In this document: in pieces, positions 1-9,641 of the stretch | Layout: each line of letters begins with the position of its first letter | How positions within the stretch are numbered: position 1 is the stretch's first letter | Sequence record: OQ378934.1 | DNA length: 64,000 nt | Strand: one strand, 5' to 3' | DNA from: Escherichia phage LH2 | The notes under the pieces: model-generated | Seen by the model: only the letters and a program-made list of their open reading frames with translations | Told to the model about the DNA's origin: nothing | Database searches by the model: none | Program-made: the position numbers and the translations under genes

Positions 1-240
1 AAATCCAAATAGAATTCAATTGAATTGTCCATATTGTGATAAGAAAGATTTATCACCATCAACATATAAACGATGGCACGGCGACAATTGCAAAACAAGG
101 TTCAACGACTAGTCTTCGGACGTAGGGTCAAGCGACTCGAAATGGGGAGAATCCCTCCGGGATTGTGATATAGTCTGGACTGCATGGTAACATGCAGCAG
201 TTCATAAGAGAACGGGTTGAGAATTAGCGAGCTCAATCGA
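1..240 (+). mobile_element. 3' portion of a group I self-splicing intron interrupting nrdB (contains the end of an intron ORF followed by a structured, GC-richer segment)
   Basis: Zinc-finger ORF terminates at 112; 113-240 is non-coding and GC-richer; the downstream ORF aligns only to the C-terminal ~170 aa of class Ia RNR small subunit, implying an upstream exon; matches the known T4 nrdB intron arrangement. 3' splice site not pinned down. Confidence 0.45.
2..112 (+). CDS. C-terminal fragment (5'-truncated by window edge) of intron-encoded homing endonuclease, I-TevIII-like, with CxxC...HxxxC zinc-finger tail
   Basis: Frame 2 translation NPNRIQLNCPYCDKKDLSPSTYKRWHGDNCKTRFND-stop; location inside the nrdB intron. 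Confidence 0.4.
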   Translation, partial: NPNRIQLNCPYCDKKDLSPSTYKRWHGDNCKTRFND

Positions 241-750
241 ACATACGGTACCTTTAACTTCCACAAAAACATGGAAATCATGGAAGGTAATGCCAAGATT
301 ATGAAGTTCATTGCTCGTGATGAGCAGCTTCACCTTAAAGGCACTCAATATATTATTCGTCAACTTCAATCCGGTACTGATGGCGATGAATGGGTTAAAA
401 TTGCTCAAGAGTGTGAACAAGAAGCAGTTGATATTTTCATGGAAGTTAACCGCCAAGAAAAAGATTGGGCAGTTCATTTATTTAAAGATGGCGATGTTCC
501 TGGATTAAATACAAATAGCATGTGGAGCTTTATTGATTACTTAACTGTATCTCGTATGAAACAGTGTGGTCTTCCATGTCCAATTACCGATGCTCCGGTT
601 AAACATCCATATCCTTGGATTCGTGAATATCTTAATTCTGATAATGTTCAATCCGCGCCACAAGAAGTAGAACTTTCATCTTACCTTGTAGCACAGATTG
701 ATAATGATGTTGATGATAAAGTTATGATGAGTTTTAAAAAATATTTTTAA
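241..750 (+). CDS. nrdB: Ribonucleotide reductase small subunit NrdB, exon 2 (C-terminal part); 5' boundary approximate
   Basis: Translation ...NMEIMEGNAKIMKFIARDEQLHL...PWIREYLNSDNVQSAPQEVELSSYLVAQID... matches conserved class Ia R2 C-terminal region (compare E. coli [43 protein letters not shown]). Confidence 0.75.
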   Translation, partial: TYGTFNFHKNMEIMEGNAKIMKFIARDEQLHLKGTQYIIRQLQSGTDGDEWVKIAQECEQEAVDIFMEVNRQEKDWAVHLFKDGDVPGLNTNSMWSFIDYLTVSRMKQCGLPCPITDAPVKHPYPWIREYLNSDNVQSAPQEVELSSYLVAQIDNDVDDKVMMSFKKYF

Positions 751-754
751 GGAG

Positions 755-777
755 TGGGCCGCAAGGCCCATTTTATT
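755..777 (+). terminator. GC hairpin (gggccgcaaggccc) followed by atttt; putative nrdB terminator and/or RBS-structuring element for denA
   Basis: 5 bp G/C stem with GCAA loop directly after nrdB stop and between an SD-like ggag and the denA ATG. Confidence 0.3.
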
Positions 778-2365
<1,588 letters not shown>

Positions 2366-2368
2366 GCT

Positions 2369-2398
2369 GTTTACAAGTCCCTCGTGTTGTGTTATAGT
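2369..2398 (+). promoter_or_regulatory. T4 early-type promoter (GTTTAC -35, 18 nt spacer, TATAGT -10) upstream of alc, embedded in an inverted repeat
   Basis: gtttac at 2369-2374, tatagt at 2393-2398; near-identical element repeated at 14886-14915. Confidence 0.5.
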
Positions 2399-2426
2399 AG
2401 ACTTACTGACATAACATGAGGACTTT

Positions 2427-2933
2427 ATGATGGATTTACAGCTTATTACTACTGAAATGGTCGTTGAAGCATACGGTGATACTACAGATGGGATTTCTGT
2501 ATTTAAAGGAAATCGTCGAGTTGGATATATCACCGATCTTAAGAAAGATTTAGCTAAGCAAGTCAAGCGGAAAACGACCATTAAAGAATATCGAAATCGT
2601 CGTCTTGAGCAAGCCCGTGATATGCTTCCTGATGCAGTTGAGGAGATGAAAGTCTTTTTAGAAAATCAGCTTGCGAAATATGATTGTGATGTGTTCATTA
2701 ATCAGACTCAACCTAATGTTCATATCAATAATTGTAAATGCTACATCATCGTTAATCCTTTGACGGGAAAACATCGTCTTGGAATTAGTAATCCAAATCG
2801 TAGCGCATCGGATATGGCAGAAGATGTTGCGGCATGCTTTAAAATTTCTAAATCTCCGGCGGAACATCATATTTTAATTAACGGTCTTTCTCAAGACGAT
2901 ATTATAGAGGTTATTAAAACTTTATGCATGTAA
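2427..2933 (+). CDS. alc: Alc, inhibitor of host transcription (168 aa ORF)
   Basis: Size and position after rnlA as in T4; SD gagga 6 nt upstream; early promoter upstream. Confidence 0.75.
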   Translation: MMDLQLITTEMVVEAYGDTTDGISVFKGNRRVGYITDLKKDLAKQVKRKTTIKEYRNRRLEQARDMLPDAVEEMKVFLENQLAKYDCDVFINQTQPNVHINNCKCYIIVNPLTGKHRLGISNPNRSASDMAEDVAACFKISKSPAEHHILINGLSQDDIIEVIKTLCM

Positions 2934-3277
2934 GTAATTTTACAGCTGGATTGCTATTACTTGTAATAGCATTTGGCGGAACATCTATTATTTTAAAAAA
3001 TAAGGTAGAAAGATTAGAAACATCAGTTACTGAAATTACAAAAACAGCCAATGAAAACGCCTTAGCATTAAATAATTTGCGAATTCAGTATAATTATATT
3101 GATGCGATGAATAATAAAAATCGTGAGGCAATTGCTGCTATTGAGCGTGAAAATGAAAAACTGCGCAAAGATGCAAAGAAGGCGGACGTGGTGGCTCATA
3201 AGCCAGGATTGGTTGAAAAACAAATCAACAAATCCTTCAACAAGTTCGCAGAAGACATCCAGGACCTTTCTAAATGA
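2924..3277 (+). CDS. pseT.3: Small membrane-anchored coiled-coil protein (pseT.3-like), 117 aa
   Basis: N-terminal hydrophobic helix FTAGLLLLVIAFGGTSIIL then charged helical region; start overlaps alc stop. Confidence 0.5.
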   Translation: MHVSNFTAGLLLLVIAFGGTSIILKNKVERLETSVTEITKTANENALALNNLRIQYNYIDAMNNKNREAIAAIERENEKLRKDAKKADVVAHKPGLVEKQINKSFNKFAEDIQDLSK

Positions 3278-3573
3278 TTAAACTATCAGCAGTAATATTA
3301 TCTATTGGTCTTCTAGTTGGTTGTTCGACAAAGCCTCTAGAAGTAAAGAAAGAAACAGTTCATCCTAATTGGCCAGTACAAATAAAGTCATACGATGAAG
3401 CTAAACTATCTTGGCAGGTTAAAGTTATTGATGGTAAAGCTTGGGTCGGTATGCCATTCGAAGATTCTCAGGAATTTCGTATTTGGCTTAATGATGTAAA
3501 ACGATATGTACATGACCAGAAAACTATGATATGTTATTATCGTCAAGAGTTAAAAGAGGATAAATGTAAATGA
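3274..3573 (+). CDS. pseT.2: Predicted lipoprotein (pseT.2-like), 99 aa
   Basis: Signal peptide with lipobox MIKLSAVILSIGLLVGC; ATGA overlap with upstream gene. Confidence 0.5.
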   Translation: MIKLSAVILSIGLLVGCSTKPLEVKKETVHPNWPVQIKSYDEAKLSWQVKVIDGKAWVGMPFEDSQEFRIWLNDVKRYVHDQKTMICYYRQELKEDKCK

Positions 3574-3797
3574 TTTCATGGCATCAATTTGAACATCTCA
3601 AAGGATTGATTTATGAATCCGAGATGGCTGCAATGATTTATGGACGCCAGATTCAGCGGTTAGAATCTTTACCTCCAACTAATGATGTTTTATTAGCTCA
3701 ATCACGTGCTAATCTCAAAAATGAATATCAAAATAAGTGGGGTAAAGCATCTAAAAACCTACATGATTATATTCAATCATTAGTTGAGAAAAAATAA
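3570..3797 (+). CDS. pseT.1: Hypothetical small protein (pseT.1-like), 75 aa
   Basis: ORF translationally coupled between the lipoprotein ORF and pseT. Confidence 0.45.
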   Translation: MISWHQFEHLKGLIYESEMAAMIYGRQIQRLESLPPTNDVLLAQSRANLKNEYQNKWGKASKNLHDYIQSLVEKK

Positions 3798-4702
<905 letters not shown>

Positions 4703-4703
<1 letters not shown>

Positions 4704-4900
4704 TGGCGTGGCATCATGAAACTTGGTCTATTGTTATTGTAAATAGTGGTTTAGTTGGTACTAGTAATGGGCAATTTTGTGTATTCACTAGTGAAATCAG
4801 AGCTTGGGAGGAATGCCTTAAATTAAGAGAAAAGAATCCTGATGTTGAACTAACAGTAAAGAAAACTAAACTGCCTTTACCATGGAAAACTTATGAATAA
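4703..4900 (+). CDS. Hypothetical early protein, 65 aa
   Basis: ATG overlapping pseT stop (TAATG), SD gggag upstream; ORF-track start at 4673 is an in-frame upstream extension. Confidence 0.4.
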
Positions 4901-5093
4901 CATAGAAAAGATTTATCAACTTTGCGATAAAATTGAAAAAGAAAAGAAATATCTATTTTGTTTATGGCCTATTGTTGATGGAAGAATAGACTTAGATATT
5001 CTTGATTATGAAACAGAAGACATAGTAGATGGTTCAACTTTTGATAATGCGTTGGATGTTATTAATTGGCTTGAAGAAAATTATGTGGGGTGA
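4893..5093 (+). CDS. Hypothetical small acidic protein, 66 aa
   Basis: ORF overlapping neighbours by a few nt (coupled). Confidence 0.4.
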   Translation: MNNIEKIYQLCDKIEKEKKYLFCLWPIVDGRIDLDILDYETEDIVDGSTFDNALDVINWLEENYVG

Positions 5094-5095
5094 AT

Positions 5096-5371
5096 ATGTT
5101 TCCGACTTATTCTAAAATCGTAGAAGTAGTGTTTAGCCAAATTATCGCTAATAATATGTTTGAAAAGCTTGATAACGCAGCCGAGCTTCGAATTCATGCT
5201 CAAGTGACTCATGTATTGAACACTTTGCTTCCAGACCAGGTGGATTCTATTGCCATTACGCTGTATCCAGGTTCCGCGCATATCATTGTCGTATTTGGTC
5301 TTGATGCTGAGCTAGTCATCAAAGGCGATATTCGTTTTGAATCGCAGACATCAGAATTCAAAGCAATTTAA
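5096..5371 (+). CDS. Hypothetical protein, 91 aa
   Basis: ATG at 5096 preceded by gtgggg; ORF-track start at 5090 is a GTG. Confidence 0.4.
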   Translation: MFPTYSKIVEVVFSQIIANNMFEKLDNAAELRIHAQVTHVLNTLLPDQVDSIAITLYPGSAHIIVVFGLDAELVIKGDIRFESQTSEFKAI

Positions 5372-5373
5372 TA

Positions 5374-5403
5374 GTTTACTTTACGGTAGAGTTGTGATAT
5401 TAT
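5374..5403 (+). promoter_or_regulatory. T4 early-type promoter (GTTTAC, 18 nt spacer, TATTAT) with inverted repeat ggtagag/ctctacc
   Basis: gtttac 5374-5379, tattat 5398-5403; located in the 62 nt gap before the 5434 ORF. Confidence 0.45.
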
Positions 5404-5433
5404 AGCTCTACCAAAACAAACGAGGAAATTGAA

Positions 5434-5961
5434 ATGAGCGAATGGTTTGAAGAAGATAAGGTTTATCGCTTTAAAACTGGGTATAAAGATATTTTTAATG
5501 AAACTTGCGGGGCTAATAAACGAATTGCCCAGTTTATTGGGGAAAATTCATTTAAAGTAAAAATTGACCCTGCAAAGAATGTTATTAGCATTAAACGCGA
5601 AATTGATGACTGCTGGTATAAAGCTGTTGATGTAATGGGCGAATCTTATAAAGTTAGCCCGTTATTTTCAATTGCTTATATGTCAGAATATTCTTTTTTC
5701 GAAGAAGTTCAAAAAGATGATTCTGTCAGTAAATTTGAAATTAAAACTGATAAAGAAATTAAGTGGAAAGTAGTAGGTATTACTGGTTGTATGTTTTATA
5801 TCTATGCTCAAACTGATACGAAGGAAGAAGCTAAAAAGAAAGCTCTAGAATATCTTGAAGAGTATGAAGAAGGCCCGGTAATGATTACTCAAGATGCTGA
5901 ATTAGTTTCTGTCAAATTAGTTAAAAACGTTGAAAGTAAGGAGCTGGGATCAACATGCTAA
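5434..5961 (+). CDS. Hypothetical protein, 175 aa
   Basis: ORF with SD gagg upstream, preceded by early promoter. Confidence 0.5.
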   Translation: MSEWFEEDKVYRFKTGYKDIFNETCGANKRIAQFIGENSFKVKIDPAKNVISIKREIDDCWYKAVDVMGESYKVSPLFSIAYMSEYSFFEEVQKDDSVSKFEIKTDKEIKWKVVGITGCMFYIYAQTDTKEEAKKKALEYLEEYEEGPVMITQDAELVSVKLVKNVESKELGSTC

Positions 5962-6191
5962 GTGAAAAACCAATTACTGTTAAAGAATTCCAAGAAAAAG
6001 TTAAACTATTTGCACAGGAATTAGTAAATAAGGTTTCTGAACGATTTCCTGAAACATCGGTTCGTGTTATTACCGAAACTCCTCGTTCAGTATTAGTAAT
6101 TGTGAATCCAGGTGATGGCGATCAAATAACGCATCTTAAACTGGATTTTGATGGATTAGTTGAAGCACAAAGGGTGTATGGCGTACTATGA
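5955..6191 (+). CDS. Hypothetical protein, 78 aa
   Basis: Coupled ORF. Confidence 0.4.
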   Translation: MLSEKPITVKEFQEKVKLFAQELVNKVSERFPETSVRVITETPRSVLVIVNPGDGDQITHLKLDFDGLVEAQRVYGVL

Positions 6192-6526
6192 TGAATTTAA
6201 CTGATATAATTGATAATTGTCTTGAAAATGATACTGGTGATCATAGAGCGCTTGACTCTGAAACAGCAAAGTTCATTAGAATAACTTTAATGAATGACAC
6301 TCTAGTGAATAGTATTCATCCTTCTGTGTATGATGCTATTATTGTGACGAAGTATCCAGTTGAGCTTCACAAAAAGATGACTGGCGCAGTTTTTATTGAT
6401 AAGAAAAACCGCTTTAAAGATGGGCAGAATATAATTAGTTCTGTTATTAAAAGTATAACTAAACTTCGTCACGAAATTTATCGTGTTGAAACTGCTAAAT
6501 CTGCTTATCTGGTGATTATGAAATGA
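6188..6526 (+). CDS. Hypothetical protein, 112 aa
   Basis: Coupled ORF (ATGA overlaps on both sides). Confidence 0.4.
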   Translation: MMNLTDIIDNCLENDTGDHRALDSETAKFIRITLMNDTLVNSIHPSVYDAIIVTKYPVELHKKMTGAVFIDKKNRFKDGQNIISSVIKSITKLRHEIYRVETAKSAYLVIMK

Positions 6527-7104
6527 AAGCGAGTACAGTACTTCAAATTGCATATTTAGTATCGCAGGAATCAAAATGTTGCTCCTGGAAGGTAGGAGCA
6601 GTAATTGAAAAGAATGGACGTATTATTTCTACTGGGTATAATGGTTCCCCCGCAGGGGGTGTGAACTGTTGTGATTATGCTGCTGAGCAAGGTTGGTTGT
6701 TGAATAAGCCTAAACATACTATCATTCAAGGTCATAAGCCTGAATGCGTATCATTTGGTTTAACTGATCGTTTTGTCTTGGCGAAAGAACATCGTAGTGC
6801 TCACTCGGAATGGTCATCTAAAAATGAAATTCATGCTGAACTAAATGCAATTTTGTTTGCTGCACGAAATGGTTCTTCTATTGAAGGTGCTACTATGTAT
6901 GTAACACTTTCTCCTTGTCCGGATTGCGCAAAAGCGATAGCTCAATCTGGTATTAAAAAGCTAGTTTATTGTGAAACATATGATAAAAATAAACCTGGCT
7001 GGGATGATATTCTGCGAAATGCAGGTATTGAAGTGTTTAATGTTCCTAAGAAAAACTTGAATAAGTTAAACTGGGAAAATATCAACGAATTCTGTGGTGA
7101 ATAA
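6523..7104 (+). CDS. cd: dCMP deaminase, 193 aa
   Basis: Zinc-binding motifs HAELNAI and PCPDCAKA; length as T4 Cd. Confidence 0.9.
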   Translation: MKASTVLQIAYLVSQESKCCSWKVGAVIEKNGRIISTGYNGSPAGGVNCCDYAAEQGWLLNKPKHTIIQGHKPECVSFGLTDRFVLAKEHRSAHSEWSSKNEIHAELNAILFAARNGSSIEGATMYVTLSPCPDCAKAIAQSGIKKLVYCETYDKNKPGWDDILRNAGIEVFNVPKKNLNKLNWENINEFCGE

Positions 7105-7340
7105 TGAAATTTCGTTTGGTACAACTCACAGCAATTAGTTCTTATTCTAATGAGAACATTTCATTTGCTGTAGAGTATAAGAAATATTTTTTCTCTAAAT
7201 GGAAACAGTATTATAAGTCAGAATGGGTTTGTATTGATAGGCCGTATAGTTGGAAATCTGATTTAGAAAAATGCCAAAAGTTGCTTTCCACTCTTAAAGA
7301 ACGTGGAACAACTCATATTAAAACTGTAATAGGTAAATAA
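7104..7340 (+). CDS. 31.2: Hypothetical protein (31.2-like), 78 aa
   Basis: ORF between cd and gene 31. Confidence 0.4.
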   Translation: MKFRLVQLTAISSYSNENISFAVEYKKYFFSKWKQYYKSEWVCIDRPYSWKSDLEKCQKLLSTLKERGTTHIKTVIGK

Positions 7341-7649
7341 ATGAAACTGACGACTGAGCAAAAAGTAGCAATTCGTGAAATTTTGAAAACTAAATTGTCC
7401 ATGGGTATTTCAAACGTGGTTTTTGAAAAGTCTGATGGTACTATTCGTACTATGAAAGGCACCCGTGATGCTGACTTTATGCCAACTATGCAAACCGGTA
7501 AATTGACTGAATCTACTCGGAAAGAATCTACTGATATGATTCCGATATTTGATGTTGAACTCGGTGCATGGCGAGGTTTTTCTATTGACAAATTGATTTC
7601 CGTTAATGGCATGAAAGTTGAGCATTTGCTTCAATTTATTGGTAAATAA
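7341..7649 (+). CDS. 31.1: Hypothetical protein (31.1-like), 102 aa
   Basis: ORF between cd and gene 31. Confidence 0.4.
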   Translation: MKLTTEQKVAIREILKTKLSMGISNVVFEKSDGTIRTMKGTRDADFMPTMQTGKLTESTRKESTDMIPIFDVELGAWRGFSIDKLISVNGMKVEHLLQFIGK

Positions 7650-7650
7650 A

Positions 7651-7675
7651 TGCTTTAAGAATTATTTGTTATTAT
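7651..7675 (+). promoter_or_regulatory. MotA-dependent middle promoter for gene 31 (MotA box TGCTTTA + TATTAT -10); a second MotA-box-like tgcttca at 7628-7634
   Basis: tgcttta 7651-7657, 12 nt spacer, tattat 7670-7675. Confidence 0.45.
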
Positions 7676-7705
7676 TAATTCATCTGTTAACAAAAAGGAA
7701 AAACG

Positions 7706-8041
7706 ATGTCTGAAGTACAACAGCTACCAATTCGTGCTGTCGGTGAATATGTTATTTTAGTTTCTGAACCTGCGCAAGCCGGTGATGAAGAAGTTACAGA
7801 ATCAGGACTTATTATTGGTAAACGTGTCCAAGGTGAAGTTCCTGAACTGTGTGTAGTTCACTCTGTTGGTCCTGATGTTCCTGAAGGTTTCTGCGAAGTT
7901 GGTGATTTGACTTCTCTTCCAGTTGGTCAAATTCGAAACGTTCCTCATCCTTTTGTAGCTCTGGGTCTTAAGCAGCCAAAAGAAATTAAACAAAAATTCG
8001 TAACCTGTCACTATAAAGCTATTCCGTGTCTTTATAAGTGA
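7706..8041 (+). CDS. 31: Gp31 co-chaperonin (GroES-like), 111 aa
   Basis: [29 protein letters not shown]... matches T4 gp31; length 111 aa. Confidence 0.9.
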
Positions 8042-8049
8042 TATAAATA
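8042..8049 (+). promoter_or_regulatory. Late promoter motif TATAAATA upstream of rIII
   Basis: Exact tataaata immediately after gene 31 stop. Confidence 0.35.
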
Positions 8050-8188
8050 ATAATATGAATTGGGTGTCGGAATAATAAGTTAACCGAACAATTCTATGTG
8101 GTAGTCTACAACTGAGAGATCTGTCGAAAGAAGATGAAATTCAGAAGAACGTGACTACCGAGTTTTAATCTCTAACGAGAATTTTTAA

Positions 8189-8437
8189 ATGATTAAACAA
8201 TTACAACACGCTCTTGAACTGCAACGAAACGCATGGAATAATGGTCACGAAAACTATGGCGCATCTATTGATGTTGAAGCCGAAGCTCTTGAAATCCTGC
8301 GTTATTTCAAACATCTGAATCCTGCTCAAACTGCATTAGCCGCTGAGCTTCAGGAAAAAGATGAACTTAAATATGCTAAGCCTCTGGCTTCTGCCGCACG
8401 AAAAGCAGTTCGTCACTTTGTGGTAACACTGAAGTAA
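8189..8437 (+). CDS. rIII: rIII lysis-inhibition accessory protein, 82 aa
   Basis: MIKQLQHALELQRNAWNNGHENYGASIDVEAEALEILRYF... matches T4 rIII; 82 aa. Confidence 0.85.
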   Translation: MIKQLQHALELQRNAWNNGHENYGASIDVEAEALEILRYFKHLNPAQTALAAELQEKDELKYAKPLASAARKAVRHFVVTLK

Positions 8438-8835
8438 TTTATTGGAGAGTCACTGCCTTAGTGTGAAGTTAAAACGAGGAGCCGTCGAACTGTCTGATTA
8501 ATGATTTGCGAATCATTATAGTTTTAAGACCCCGGCAGTTTTACGGTGTACCTCTTGAATGTTATTCTTATAGCGGCAAGTGCATGCTACCCCGAGGTGA
8601 TGGCTAATCGGGAGTACGCCTCAAGGCCTATATATCCATCAGTATATATCTTATCCTCGAGAAATCGGACCCGGAACCTTTAAGCTAACGGTGTGCAACA
8701 GATAAGAGCTATAAGGTATGATGACGGGTTTATGGTTATCCTGGTCGTTAAATATTCAAAAACCTATGTTCCCCTTGAGGGCTTGCGCAGGCAATGCCAA
8801 TAAGTCCTGCATTTTCATTTAAAAGAGAATTTATA

Positions 8836-9012
8836 ATGGCAAAACAAGCTAAAGCAAAGAAAGCAGTTGAAAAGAAAGTTGGTGATTCTAAACGCGCTGG
8901 TTACAAGCGTGGGTCGAACTCTCGTATCAATCAAACTGTTGAGAAGATCATGCGCCGAGCACGTGCGGTTCTTCGAGATGATGCTTCTCGTTTTGGTAAG
9001 CAGAAAGCATAA
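8836..9012 (+). CDS. Small lysine/arginine-rich basic protein, 58 aa
   Basis: MAKQAKAKKAVEKKVGDSKRAGYKRGS...; followed directly by a strong intrinsic terminator. Confidence 0.5.
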   Translation: MAKQAKAKKAVEKKVGDSKRAGYKRGSNSRINQTVEKIMRRARAVLRDDASRFGKQKA

Positions 9013-9016
9013 GTTA

Positions 9017-9046
9017 AGGACTCCTTCGGGAGTCCTTTTTTATTTT
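9017..9046 (+). terminator. Rho-independent terminator (aggactcc-ttcg-ggagtcct + T-run)
   Basis: Perfect 8 bp stem with UUCG tetraloop followed by tttttatttt. Confidence 0.8.
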
Positions 9047-9065
9047 CCAAAGATTGCACAAAGTT

Positions 9066-9095
9066 GTTTACAGTATGGTTCCTTTGTGATAGTAT
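9066..9095 (+). promoter_or_regulatory. T4 early-type promoter (GTTTAC, 18 nt spacer, TAGTAT/TATTAT)
   Basis: gtttac 9066-9071; -10-like 9090-9098. Confidence 0.4.
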
Positions 9096-9122
9096 TATCT
9101 TACACAAACAAAGGAGAATAAA

Positions 9123-9173
9123 ATGAAAACGATTAATCGGGTTACGGTCATTGGGCTGATGTTGAAATTATAA
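9123..9173 (+). CDS. 16-codon mini-ORF with strong SD (aaggag), hydrophobic peptide MKTINRVTVIGLMLKL
   Basis: aaggagaataaaATG; stop 9 nt before the NADAR ATG. Confidence 0.3.
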   Translation: MKTINRVTVIGLMLKL

Positions 9174-9182
9174 GTATTAAAG

Positions 9183-9641
9183 ATGTCTGAATTAGAGATT
9201 AGAAGCAATTTTAGATGGCCATCATGTGCATTAAGCAATTTCGCCCAATGGCCTTTCGTTATGGATGGTATCCAATTTGGAGGTCTCGAAGGATTCCTCC
9301 AAGGATGTAAGGTGAAAAATGTTGAACACCAACGTCGTATATTTGGGTTATCTGGGCTTGCCGCCCAACAAGCTGGAAGGTCTTATGCTAGAGCTCAGGA
9401 CCGTGGCACGTTGTTCTGGCTTGGAACTCCGTTTTCAAGATACTCCTCAGCGTGGAAAGAATTATACACAAATGCATATTTTGAAGCAGCGTTCCAAAAC
9501 AAGGGCTTTCGTGATGCATTACAAGTCTCGAAAGGAAAAGTTTTGAAGCACAGCATGGCTAGTGGTCTAACAAAAGATGATACAATACTAACCGAAGCTG
9601 AATTTATTGATGTGTTAAACCTATTAAGAGACTCTCTATGA
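9183..9641 (+). CDS. NADAR-domain protein (YbiA-like), 152 aa
   Basis: SNFAQWPFVMDGIQFGGLEGFLQGCK resembles the YbiA/NADAR core (E. coli YbiA FSNFAAWPIKVDGKTWPTSEHYFQAQK); GC content visibly higher than flanking genes. Confidence 0.6.
   Translation: MSELEIRSNFRWPSCALSNFAQWPFVMDGIQFGGLEGFLQGCKVKNVEHQRRIFGLSGLAAQQAGRSYARAQDRGTLFWLGTPFSRYSSAWKELYTNAYFEAAFQNKGFRDALQVSKGKVLKHSMASGLTKDDTILTEAEFIDVLNLLRDSL

Noticed and set aside
217-240. ATG at 217 as the start of an independent gene
   Set aside because: The downstream protein aligns only to the C-terminal part of NrdB, so this is an exon continuing from upstream of the intron, and the ATG is incidental.
754-777. GTG at 754 as the denA start
   Set aside because: Falls inside a strong hairpin; the ATG at 778 gives the expected 136 aa endonuclease II.
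8718-8822. Possible 34-codon ORF (MMTGLWLSW...) inside the GC-elevated segment
   Set aside because: Very short, poor SD spacing, no recognisable features; cannot be distinguished from chance, so kept only as part of the region-level finding.
9319-9546. Alternative-frame 75 aa ORF overlapping the NADAR gene
   Set aside because: Lies wholly within the NADAR CDS in another frame, which has recognisable domain motifs; no independent start signals.
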